Source: Actinomycetota bacterium
GTDB lineage: Bacteria > Desulfobacterota > Deferrimicrobia > Deferrimicrobiales > Deferrimicrobiaceae
Direction: 5' to 3'
NCBI GenBank assembly: GCA_050258195.1
Contig: JBLMYI010000015.1
Location: forward strand, 1-61,986
Length of the DNA stretch: 61,986 bases
Position numbers and translations under genes: made by a program. Below are positions 45,630 to 55,564 of this stretch, piece by piece; positions within the stretch are counted from its first letter, which is position 1; every line of letters begins with the position of its first letter. The notes beneath the pieces are model-generated. The model made no database searches and was not told the DNA's origin. It was given only the letters and a program-made list of their open reading frames with translations.

Positions 45630-46266
45630 CGAGACGATGGACGACATCCTGTCCGAAATGGCCAGGGAGTCGGGGGAGCCGGAAGGTCCGGCGGGAGATC
45701 CCGAGATCCAGGTGGGGGAGCACGTGCGGACATTCCGGGAGAGCCTGGGCATGACCGTCCAGCAGTTCGCGGAGAAGACCGGATTCTCCGCCGCGCTTCT
45801 GACGCAGATCGAGAACCGGATGGTCTCTCCGTCCCTCGGGACGCTCGTGAAGATCGCCAACACCTTCGGAACCACCGTCTCCTCCTTCATCGGAGGGAAG
45901 GAGGAGCGTGAGTTCTCCATCGTCCGAAAGGAAGATCGCACCACCGTCTCCCGCGTCGGGCTCAAGGAGGGGGGGAAGTCCACGTACACCTACGAATCCC
46001 TCGGGGCCGGAAAAGCGGGGCGGAAGATGGAGCCCTTCCTCGTCCGGCTTCAGCCGCTCTCCGAACCTCCCGCGGCCCGGAGCGTCCACGACGGGGAGGA
46101 GTTCCTCTACGTCCTCTCCGGAAGGGTGACGGTGTGCCTCGGGAGCCTCTCCGACGTGCTCGAGGAAGGGGACAGCGTCTATTACAATTCCACGATCCCC
46201 CACCACGTCCATTCCGCGGACGAACGGGAGGCGCTCATCCTCGCGGTGATCCACGCGGGGTCGTGA
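45610..46266 (+). CDS. XRE-family HTH transcriptional regulator with C-terminal cupin domain
   Basis: ORF 45610..46266. HTH GMTVQQFAEKTGFSAALLTQIENR and cupin GEEFLYVLSGRV...GDSVYY. TTG 45610 follows AAGGAAGGAG; an alternative start is ATG 45637. Confidence 0.82.
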   Translation: MPDFTRDETMDDILSEMARESGEPEGPAGDPEIQVGEHVRTFRESLGMTVQQFAEKTGFSAALLTQIENRMVSPSLGTLVKIANTFGTTVSSFIGGKEEREFSIVRKEDRTTVSRVGLKEGGKSTYTYESLGAGKAGRKMEPFLVRLQPLSEPPAARSVHDGEEFLYVLSGRVTVCLGSLSDVLEEGDSVYYNSTIPHHVHSADEREALILAVIHAGS

Positions 46267-46285
46267 GGGACTGTCGGGCAGGACG

Positions 46286-46945
46286 ATGAACAGGAGCGTG
46301 CCGGTCCGCGGACAGGCCGTTCTCGAAGCGATCCGGTTCGCGGCGGATGTCGCATCCGATCCCTCCGGCGTCGTGACGCTCTGGAAGACCGCCACCGGCG
46401 GGAAAGCCGTCGGCTGTCTCCCTGCGACTCCCGTCCCCGAACTCCCGCACGCCGCCGGTCTGCTGCCGATCGCCCTCGAATCCCCGGAGGACCTTTCCCT
46501 GCTCTCCGATCGGATCGATGCGTGGATCGTCGGGACGGACCCCCTCCCGTTCCCCGACCCGGCGGGAAAGACACCGCGTTTCGACTTCCCGCGGCAACCG
46601 CCGGGTGCCCTCGAAGAGGCGCTGGATCGCCTCGAGGCGCTTGCGGAGTGGGCGTGCGCCGTGTCGGGCTCGCCGGCTTCCGAGGGGTCCCTCTGGAAAT
46701 CGATACGGGCGCACGCGATCCGGCGGTCGCTCCTGGCCGCGCTCGACGGACGCTGCGCCCGCGAGACCGGGTTCATGACGGCGGAGGAGCGCCGGACCAC
46801 CCTCCGCGCCGGGATCTTTCTCCCCCCCGAGGCGCACACCCGCCTCCTCTCGCAGATCCTCGGCGTCCATGCCGAATCCCTCCCCGTCCCAGCGGAAGGG
46901 GAGAGGGGAGACCCCCTGATCGTACTGGCGAAACGGCTGCTGTAA
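46286..46945 (+). CDS. hypothetical protein resembling only the N-terminal half of a 2-hydroxyacyl-CoA dehydratase beta (HgdB/BcrB-type) subunit
   Basis: ORF 46286..46945. GKAVGCLPATPVPELPHAAGLLPI resembles the family N-terminal motif (K.IGCLP.YVPEEL..AAGM.P). At 219 aa it is about half the usual length, and most cluster-ligand Cys residues are absent. Confidence 0.5.
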   Translation: MNRSVPVRGQAVLEAIRFAADVASDPSGVVTLWKTATGGKAVGCLPATPVPELPHAAGLLPIALESPEDLSLLSDRIDAWIVGTDPLPFPDPAGKTPRFDFPRQPPGALEEALDRLEALAEWACAVSGSPASEGSLWKSIRAHAIRRSLLAALDGRCARETGFMTAEERRTTLRAGIFLPPEAHTRLLSQILGVHAESLPVPAEGERGDPLIVLAKRLL

Positions 46946-46965
46946 TCCACAAGCCCGATTTTCTG

Positions 46966-46995
46966 TTGACACACTGTGCACTTGCCGGGTAACAT
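46966..46995 (+). promoter_or_regulatory. candidate promoter of the MerR-headed operon (TTGACA, 18 nt spacer, TAACAT)
   Basis: Read directly, about 30 nt upstream of ATG 47024. The over-long spacer is reminiscent of MerR-type promoters. Confidence 0.45.
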
Positions 46996-47023
46996 CTTGC
47001 CAGTTAACGTAAGGTGGTGAAGG

Positions 47024-47461
47024 ATGGCAAGGGTCACCGTGGGGACGTATGCGATCGGGGAGATCAGCCGCCTGGTCGATCTGTCGCAGCGCACGATCCG
47101 CTACTACGAAGAGATCGGCCTCCTTCACAGCGTCCGCCGGATCGAGAACGGCAAGCGCGTCTACACGGACGACGACGTCCGCCGGCTGAAATTCATCAAC
47201 CGCCTGAAGGTCCTCGGCCTCTCCCTCGCCGAGATGGTCGAACTCGAAAAAATCTACCGGAAGCAACGCAACAACCGGGAGATCCTGCCGAAACTTCTCG
47301 ATATCCTCGACCAGCGCGCCGCGCAGATCGACGAACGTGTCGCACAGCTCGCGGCGCTGAAGAAAGAGATCCGTGAATACCAGCAGCGACTGAGGAACAA
47401 GGTGCTGCTGGGCGCAACCCATGAAGAACCGGGACCGACCGGAAAGGAGATGCAGTCATGA
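47024..47461 (+). CDS. MerR-family transcriptional regulator (LiuR-like by context)
   Basis: ORF 47024..47461. YAIGEISRLVDLSQRTIRYYEEIGLL is the MerR HTH, followed by a coiled-coil C-terminus. The stop overlaps the thiolase ATG (ATGA). Confidence 0.85.
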   Translation: MARVTVGTYAIGEISRLVDLSQRTIRYYEEIGLLHSVRRIENGKRVYTDDDVRRLKFINRLKVLGLSLAEMVELEKIYRKQRNNREILPKLLDILDQRAAQIDERVAQLAALKKEIREYQQRLRNKVLLGATHEEPGPTGKEMQS

Positions 47462-48636
47462 AGGAAGCCGTCATCACCGGAGCCGCAAGGACCGCAATCG
47501 GGTCGCTGATGGGTGGATTGTCCGATATCCCGGCCCCCCGTCTCGGCGCCGTCGCGATCGCAGAGGCGGTATCCCGCAGCGGGATCCGCAAGGAGGACGT
47601 GGAACAGGTGATCATGGGGAACGTCCTCTCGGCGGGGATGGGGCAGGCGCCCGCCCGCCAGGCCGGCATCTACGCCGGCATCCCGGTGTCCGCCGGGGCG
47701 CTCACCATCAACAAGATGTGCGGCTCCGGTCTCAAGGCCGTCATGCTCGCCGCCCAGTCGGTGGTCACGGAAGAGTTCGATGTCCTGGTCGCCGGAGGGA
47801 TGGAGTCGATGAGCCAGGCGCCGTACCTGTTGAAGAAGGCCCGTTCCGGATACCGGATGGGCAACGACACCATCTACGACCACATGATCATCGACGGCCT
47901 TTGGGACGTCTACAACGACCTCCACATGGGGAATTGCGCCGAGACCCTGGCGAAGGAGCACAAGATCACGCGGGAGGATCAGGACGCGTACGCGGCCTCT
48001 TCGTACACGCGCGCCCTTTCCGCCATCAAGAGCGGGAAATTCACCGGGGAGATCGTTCCCGTGCAGGTGCCGCAGCGCAAGGGGGATCCGGTGCCGTTCC
48101 TCGTGGATGAGGAGCCCGGACGCGGAAACGTCCCGAAGCTGCCCACCCTCCGTACCGTTTTCGAGAAGAACGGCACCGTCACGGCCGGGAACTCCTCGAC
48201 GATCAACGACGGGGCGGCCGCCCTGGTGGTGATGTCGTCCGACGCCGCGAAACGCCTCGGGGCGAAGCCGATGGCGCGCATCGTCGGGTACGCGACCGCT
48301 TCCCTCGAGCCGGTATGGTTCACGATCGCGCCGGTGGACGCAATCCGGAAGCTTCTCCAGAAAACCGGCATCGCCAGGGAGAAGGTCGGGCTCTTCGAGA
48401 TCAATGAGGCGTTCGCGGGGGTGGCGATCGCCGCCATCCGGGGACTGTCCCTGGATCCGGAACGCGTCAACGTGCACGGCGGCGCGGTGGCGCTCGGGCA
48501 CCCCGTCGGCTGCTCGGGGGCGCGGATCCTCACCACCCTGCTGTACGCGATGGCGGACCGGGGGGAGCGGTATGGGGTCGCCTCCCTTTGCATCGGCGGG
48601 GGAGAAGCCGTCGCCGTGATGGTGGAGAGGCTGTAG
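47458..48636 (+). CDS. acetyl-CoA C-acetyltransferase (thiolase II)
   Basis: ORF 47458..48636. INKMCGSGLKAV (active-site Cys), NVHGGAVALGHPVGCSGARI and CIGGGEAVA. Confidence 0.92.
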   Translation: MKEAVITGAARTAIGSLMGGLSDIPAPRLGAVAIAEAVSRSGIRKEDVEQVIMGNVLSAGMGQAPARQAGIYAGIPVSAGALTINKMCGSGLKAVMLAAQSVVTEEFDVLVAGGMESMSQAPYLLKKARSGYRMGNDTIYDHMIIDGLWDVYNDLHMGNCAETLAKEHKITREDQDAYAASSYTRALSAIKSGKFTGEIVPVQVPQRKGDPVPFLVDEEPGRGNVPKLPTLRTVFEKNGTVTAGNSSTINDGAAALVVMSSDAAKRLGAKPMARIVGYATASLEPVWFTIAPVDAIRKLLQKTGIAREKVGLFEINEAFAGVAIAAIRGLSLDPERVNVHGGAVALGHPVGCSGARILTTLLYAMADRGERYGVASLCIGGGEAVAVMVERL

Positions 48637-48663
48637 TATAGCTTTATATATTGATTGATAATA

Positions 48664-48682
48664 TACCGTTAAATATACGGTA
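48664..48682. promoter_or_regulatory. inverted repeat TACCGT-N7-ACGGTA inside a ~60-nt AT-rich island (48637..48697)
   Basis: Read directly. It is the most AT-rich stretch I noticed in the window, between thiolase and hbd. Confidence 0.35.
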
Positions 48683-48697
48683 ATAATGGGGGATTCG

Positions 48698-49558
48698 ATG
48701 GGCGTATCGAAAATCGGCGTGATCGGGGCCGGCCAGATGGGAAGCGGGATAGCGCAGGTCTCCCTGATGACCGGTATGCAGGTCGTCCTGAACGATGTCT
48801 CAGAGGCGGTCCTTGCCCGGTCCCGCGCCGGAATCGGGAAGGGGCTCGACATCCTCGTCCGCAAGGAAAAAATCACGGCTCAGGAGAAGGAGCGGGCGCT
48901 CTCCGGCCTCCAGACGACGACCGATTTCGCCGCCTTCGCTTCCTGCGATTTCGTCGTGGAAGCGGCCACGGAACGGGAAGAGCTGAAACTTTCCCTCTTC
49001 CGGAAGCTCGACGAGGCGGTGCCGGCGGGGCGGATCCTCGCGACGAACACCTCCTCGATCTCGATCACGAAGATCGCCGCCTCGACGAAGCGCCCGGCGC
49101 AGGTGATCGGGATGCACTTCATGAACCCGGTTCCCCTCATGAAGCTCGTCGAGGTGATCCGGGGGCTGCAGACCTCGGCGGAGACGTTCGACGCGACGAT
49201 GGCGCTCGCCCGTGCGCTCGGGAAGGAACCGGTCCCCGCGAACGATTTCCCGGGGTTCATCGCGAACCGTATCCTCATGCCGATGATCAACGAAGCGGTC
49301 TACGCCCTGATGGAAGGCGTCGGGCAGGCCGCCGACATCGACGCGATCATGAAGATGGGGGCGAACCACCCGATGGGACCGCTGGCGCTGGCGGACCTCA
49401 TCGGGCTCGACACCTGCCTCGAGGTGATGAACGTCCTGCAGCAGGGGTTGGGGGATTCGAAGTACCGGCCGTGCCCGCTCCTGCGCAAGCATGTCGAGGC
49501 CGGCTACCTCGGGAAGAAGACGGGGCGCGGCTTCTACTCGTACGAAAAGGCAGTATAA
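48698..49558 (+). CDS. hbd: 3-hydroxybutyryl-CoA dehydrogenase
   Basis: ORF 48686..49558. Start is probably ATG 48698 (MGVSKIGVIGAGQMGSGIAQV) after GGGGGA. HFMNPVPLMKLVE motif. Confidence 0.9.
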   Translation: MGVSKIGVIGAGQMGSGIAQVSLMTGMQVVLNDVSEAVLARSRAGIGKGLDILVRKEKITAQEKERALSGLQTTTDFAAFASCDFVVEAATEREELKLSLFRKLDEAVPAGRILATNTSSISITKIAASTKRPAQVIGMHFMNPVPLMKLVEVIRGLQTSAETFDATMALARALGKEPVPANDFPGFIANRILMPMINEAVYALMEGVGQAADIDAIMKMGANHPMGPLALADLIGLDTCLEVMNVLQQGLGDSKYRPCPLLRKHVEAGYLGKKTGRGFYSYEKAV

Positions 49559-49568
49559 GGGGGACCCG

Positions 49569-50351
49569 ATGAATTTCGAAAACCTGCTGGTCGACGTTTC
49601 GGACCGGATCGCGACCGTCACCTTCAATCGCCCGAAATCCCTGAACGCCCTGAACCCCGCGACGGTGCGGGAGCTCGGGGCCGCCATGGACGAGCTCTCC
49701 AGACGCCCGGACGTGGGCGCGGTCCTTCTGACCGGCGCCGGGGAGAAAGCGTTCATCGCTGGAGCCGACATTTCCGTGATGAAAGGGTTCACGACGATCG
49801 AGGCGCTCGATTTCTCCCTCCTCGGCCAGCGTGTCCTCGCCTTCATCGAGTCGATGTCCCAACCGGTCATCGGCGTGATCAACGGCTTCGCGCTGGGCGG
49901 GGGATGCGAGGTGGCGATGGCGTGCGACCTGCTGGTCGCCGCGGACACGGCCCGCTTCGGCCAGCCGGAGGTGAACCTCGGGATCATCCCGGGATACGGG
50001 GGAACGCAGCGCCTGCCGCGCCTTGTCGGGCGAAATCTCGCGAAGGAGATGGTCCTCACGGGGGAGATGATCTCCGCGCAGAGGGCGTACGAGATCGGCC
50101 TGGTGAACAAGGTCGTCCCTGCCGCGGAGCTGATGGGTGCGGCGAGGGAGCTCGCGAACAAGATCCTCTCCCGGGGCCCGGTGGCCGTGCGCGCCGCGAA
50201 AATGGCGATGAACCGGGGGCTGGACCTCGACCTGGGAAACGCGTGCGCGCTCGAGTCGAGCCTGTTCGCCGCCGGGTTTTCCACCGCCGACAGGGAGGAA
50301 GGCATCACCGCGTTCCTCGAAAAGCGGAAGGCGAACTTCACGGGGAAGTGA
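49569..50351 (+). CDS. enoyl-CoA hydratase (crotonase family)
   Basis: Within ORF 49491..50351. Start is ATG 49569 (MNFENLLVDV...ATVTFNRPKSLNAL). GAGEKAFIAGADI and ALGGGCE motifs. Confidence 0.9.
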   Translation: MNFENLLVDVSDRIATVTFNRPKSLNALNPATVRELGAAMDELSRRPDVGAVLLTGAGEKAFIAGADISVMKGFTTIEALDFSLLGQRVLAFIESMSQPVIGVINGFALGGGCEVAMACDLLVAADTARFGQPEVNLGIIPGYGGTQRLPRLVGRNLAKEMVLTGEMISAQRAYEIGLVNKVVPAAELMGAARELANKILSRGPVAVRAAKMAMNRGLDLDLGNACALESSLFAAGFSTADREEGITAFLEKRKANFTGK

Positions 50352-50397
50352 CCCCGGGGGGTATCGCTCCACAATCAACGACAGGGGAGACGAAGCG

Positions 50398-51540
50398 ATG
50401 GTGTTCGAACTGACCGAAGAGCAGCGGATGATCCAGGAGACCGCGAGAGAGTTCGCCCGGAAGGAGGTCCTTCCGAAGGCGGCCGAGCTGGACGAGAACA
50501 GCCGCTTCCCCGAGGAGCTGATCCGGGAGATGGCCGGACTCGGCTTCATGGGGATCGCCGTCCCCGAGGAATACGGGGGCGCCGGGATGGACAACGTCTG
50601 CTATGCGATCGCCATGGAGGAGATCTCCCGGGCATGCGCCTCCACCGGCGTCATCATGTCCGTCAACAATTCCCTGGCGTGCGACCCGATCCTCAAGTTC
50701 GGATCCGAGGAGATCAAGCGGGAATACCTCGTCCCGATGGCCTCCGGGAAGAAGCTCGGCTGCTTCGGCCTCACGGAGCCCGGCGCAGGCTCCGACGCCG
50801 GCTCCCAGAAGACCACCGCGGTCCGGGACGGGGATTTCTACGTCGTCAACGGAACCAAGAACTTCATCACGAACGCGCCTCAGGCGGACACCTGCGTCCT
50901 CTTCACGATGACCGACAAGGCGAAGACGCACAAGGGGATCACCGCGTTCGTCGTCGACATGAAATGGAAGGGAGTCTCGCTCGGGAAGCACGAGAAGAAG
51001 ATGGGGATCCGGGCGTCGGCCACCTCCTCGATCATTTTCGAGGACGTCCGCGTCCCTGCCAGGAACCGGCTGGGGAACGAGGGGGACGGGTTCAAGGTCG
51101 CCATGAACACACTCGACGGGGGACGGATCGGGATCGCCTCCCAGGCGATCGGGATCGCCCGCGCCGCCTTCGAGGACGCACTCTCCTACTCGAAGGACCG
51201 GAAGCAGTTCGGCCAGGCGATCTGCGAATTCCAGGCGATCCAGTGGATGCTCGCGGATATCGCCACCGAAATCGACGCGGCGCGCCTGCTCACCTGGAGG
51301 GCCGCCTGGATGAAGGACCGCAAGATGCGCCACTCCAAGGAGTCCTCGATGGCGAAGCTGTACGCCTCGGAGGTCGCGATGCGCGCCGCGGTGAAGGGCG
51401 TCCAGATCCACGGCGGGTACGGGTACATCAATGAGTACCCCGCGGAGCGGCACTTCCGCGACGCGAAGATCACGGAGATCTACGAGGGGACCTCCGAGAT
51501 CCAGCGGCTGGTCATCTCGGCCGCGCTTCTGAAGGGATAG
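50398..51540 (+). CDS. acyl-CoA dehydrogenase (short-chain/butyryl-CoA dehydrogenase-like), paralog 1
   Basis: ORF 50398..51540. GLTEPGAGSDAG, DGGRIGIA and YEGTSEIQRLVI motifs. Confidence 0.9.
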   Translation: MVFELTEEQRMIQETAREFARKEVLPKAAELDENSRFPEELIREMAGLGFMGIAVPEEYGGAGMDNVCYAIAMEEISRACASTGVIMSVNNSLACDPILKFGSEEIKREYLVPMASGKKLGCFGLTEPGAGSDAGSQKTTAVRDGDFYVVNGTKNFITNAPQADTCVLFTMTDKAKTHKGITAFVVDMKWKGVSLGKHEKKMGIRASATSSIIFEDVRVPARNRLGNEGDGFKVAMNTLDGGRIGIASQAIGIARAAFEDALSYSKDRKQFGQAICEFQAIQWMLADIATEIDAARLLTWRAAWMKDRKMRHSKESSMAKLYASEVAMRAAVKGVQIHGGYGYINEYPAERHFRDAKITEIYEGTSEIQRLVISAALLKG

Positions 51541-51546
51541 GACGGG

Positions 51547-52677
51547 ATGGATTTCCGCCTCACCGACGAGCAGCTGCAGGTCGAGGAGATGGTGCGCGGC
51601 CTCTCCGGGAAAGAGTTCGCCCCGCGCGCCGCACAGATCGACGAGGAAAGCCGCTACCCCGCGGAGAACCACAGAATCCTGGCGGACCTGGGGCTGCTCG
51701 GAATGCTGTATCCTGCATCGTTCGGGGGATCGGAGGCGGGCCCCGTCTCCTACGCCATCGCCCTCAGGGAAGTCGCGGGAGCATGCGCCTCGACGGGGGT
51801 CGGCATGGCGGTCACCAACATGACGGGCGAGGCGATCTTCCGGTTCGGGAACGATGCGCAGCGCAGGCGCTACCTCCCGATGCTCTCGGGCGGGAAAGGC
51901 GCGGGCGCGTTCGCCCTCACCGAGCCCGGCGCCGGCTCCGACGCCGGGGGGCTTTCGACGTTCGCCCGGGAAGACGGCGACGGGTACGTCCTTGAAGGCT
52001 CAAAAGCCTTCATCACGAACGGCGCCCACGCCTGCGTCACGATCGTCATGGCGCTGACGCGGAAGTCGCCGCGGGAAATCAGCGCTTTCCTGGTGGATCC
52101 GGGGATTCCGGGGTTCTCCGTCGGGAAGAGCGAGCATAAGTTGGGCATCAGGGGGTCCGACACCGTCTCCCTGTCCTTCGAGGAGTGCCGGGTTCCGAAA
52201 TCGGCGATGCTGGGGCCGCCCGGGGAAGGGTTGAAGATCGCGCTCTCGGCGCTCGACGGAGGGCGGATCGCCATCGGATCGCAGGCGATCGGGATCGCGC
52301 GGTCGGCGCTTTCCACGGCGACGGAGTACGCGAAGGACCGGCGCCAGTTCGGGCAGGCGATCGGCGAATTCCAGGCGATCCAATGGAAGCTCGCGGACGC
52401 CGCGACCGAGCTCGACGCCGCCCAGATGCTCGTGTTCCGGGCAGCGTCGCTGAAGGAAAAGGGACTACGATACTCGAAGGAGGCCTCGATGGCCAAGCTC
52501 TTCGCCACGGAGGCGGGGAACAGGGCCTGCCACGCCGCGGTGCAGGTGCTGGGAGGGTACGGCTACATCCGGGAATATCCGGTCGAGCGCCACCTGCGCG
52601 ACATCCGGGTGACCACGATCTACGAGGGGACCTCCGAGATCCAGCGGATCGTGATCTCGCGGGCCCTCCTAGGGTAG
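51547..52677 (+). CDS. acyl-CoA dehydrogenase, paralog 2
   Basis: ORF 51547..52677. ALTEPGAGSDAG, DGGRIAIG and YEGTSEIQRIVI motifs. Confidence 0.9.
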   Translation: MDFRLTDEQLQVEEMVRGLSGKEFAPRAAQIDEESRYPAENHRILADLGLLGMLYPASFGGSEAGPVSYAIALREVAGACASTGVGMAVTNMTGEAIFRFGNDAQRRRYLPMLSGGKGAGAFALTEPGAGSDAGGLSTFAREDGDGYVLEGSKAFITNGAHACVTIVMALTRKSPREISAFLVDPGIPGFSVGKSEHKLGIRGSDTVSLSFEECRVPKSAMLGPPGEGLKIALSALDGGRIAIGSQAIGIARSALSTATEYAKDRRQFGQAIGEFQAIQWKLADAATELDAAQMLVFRAASLKEKGLRYSKEASMAKLFATEAGNRACHAAVQVLGGYGYIREYPVERHLRDIRVTTIYEGTSEIQRIVISRALLG

Positions 52678-52684
52678 GCGCCCG

Positions 52685-53224
52685 GTGCGCGACGGGGCGA
52701 TCGGAAAAGGGTACGTTCAGGTCTATACCGGGAACGGGAAGGGGAAAACCACCGCTTCCCTCGGGCTCGCCTTGAGGGCGGCGGGCCACGGGTTGAAGAC
52801 GGTCGTCATCCAGTTCATGAAGGGGTGGATCGACTACGGCGAACTTGCGGGAGTCCGGATGCTCGCCCCCCACGTCGAGATCCATCAGGCGGGTCGCGAC
52901 ACCTTCGTGAACCGGAGGAGGCCGGATCCCGAGGACATCCGGCTGGCGCGGGAAGGCTGGAAGCTGGCGAAGGAGATCATCTCCGGTCGGAAGGCGGACA
53001 TCGTGGTTCTCGACGAGGTCAATTGCGCGATGGATTTCGGCCTCCTGCCGGTAGGGGAAGTCCTCGAGGCGATCAAGGGGAAGCCCGACGGGATGGAACT
53101 CATCCTCACGGGCCGCGGGGCCCCGTCGGAGATCATCGATGCGGCGGACCTCGTCACCGAGATGCGGGAGATCCGGCACTATTACGCGAAGGGCGTGGAC
53201 GCCCGCGTGGGCGTGGAACGGTAG
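52685..53224 (+). CDS. cobO: cob(I)yrinic acid a,c-diamide (corrinoid) adenosyltransferase, CobO/BtuR family
   Basis: ORF 52685..53224 (GTG start). [30 protein letters not shown] and LDE motifs. Confidence 0.88.
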   Translation: MRDGAIGKGYVQVYTGNGKGKTTASLGLALRAAGHGLKTVVIQFMKGWIDYGELAGVRMLAPHVEIHQAGRDTFVNRRRPDPEDIRLAREGWKLAKEIISGRKADIVVLDEVNCAMDFGLLPVGEVLEAIKGKPDGMELILTGRGAPSEIIDAADLVTEMREIRHYYAKGVDARVGVER

Positions 53225-53225
53225 A

Positions 53226-53347
53226 GGGGCACCCCAGCACGAGCTTCGCGCTGCCGGGGTACCCCCACTGCAGGAAAAACGGGGGGCACCCCAGTACGAG
53301 CTTCGCGTTGCTGGGGTACCCCCACTGTAGGAAAAACGGGGGGCACC
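53226..53347. repeat. tandem 57-nt L-module hairpin units (2 full units plus an 8-nt start of a third) filling the cobO-mutase spacer
   Basis: GGGGCACCCCAG.ACGAGCTTCGCG.TGC.GGGGTACCCCCACTG.AGGAAAAACGG occurs at 53226..53282 and 53283..53339, then GGGGCACC and ATG 53348. Confidence 0.85.
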
Positions 53348-55030
<1,683 letters not shown>

Positions 55031-55053
55031 GAGCGAACGATCGAGGAGGAGGA

Positions 55054-55506
55054 ATGATGGCGACGGCAAAGGGAAAAAGCGCGGCGGCGGCCACCCCGAA
55101 GAAGGCGGCCCGGAAGATCCGTATTCTCGTCGGGAAACCGGGGCTCGACGGACACGACCGGGGGGCGAAGATCATCGCGCGCGCCCTTCGCGACGCCGGT
55201 GTGGAAGTCATCTACACGGGGCTGCACCAGACGCCCGAAATGATCGTCAGCGCCGCGGCGCAGGAGGACGTCGACGGCATCGGCCTGTCGATCCTCTCCG
55301 GGGCGCACAACTACCTGTTTCCGCGGATCCTCCAGCTGCTCCACGAGAAGAAGATGGGCGACGTGGTGCTCTTCGGAGGGGGGATCATCCCGGACGACGA
55401 CATCCCGAAGCTCTTGAAGAAGGGGGTCGACCGGATGTTCACGCCGGGGACCCCGATCCAGGAGATCGTCGACTACGTGAACGGACGGATCCGGCCGAGA
55501 AAGTGA
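55054..55506 (+). CDS. acyl-CoA mutase small subunit, cobalamin-binding domain
   Basis: Within ORF 52825..55506. ATG 55054 follows [29 protein letters not shown] contains the DxHxxG base-off/His-on motif. Confidence 0.9.
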   Translation: MMATAKGKSAAAATPKKAARKIRILVGKPGLDGHDRGAKIIARALRDAGVEVIYTGLHQTPEMIVSAAAQEDVDGIGLSILSGAHNYLFPRILQLLHEKKMGDVVLFGGGIIPDDDIPKLLKKGVDRMFTPGTPIQEIVDYVNGRIRPRK

Positions 55507-55564
55507 GGCGGCGGACCCTGAGCGAGGAAGAGGAAGGCATTCCATCCGACAAGGGGGATCGAAC

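Noticed and set aside
53226-53347. A CRISPR-like array or a cobalamin riboswitch in front of the B12 mutase.
   Set aside because: There are only two directly abutting 57-nt units with no unique spacers, so it is not a CRISPR array. I see no B12-box-like sequence, and the spacer is entirely repeat-derived.
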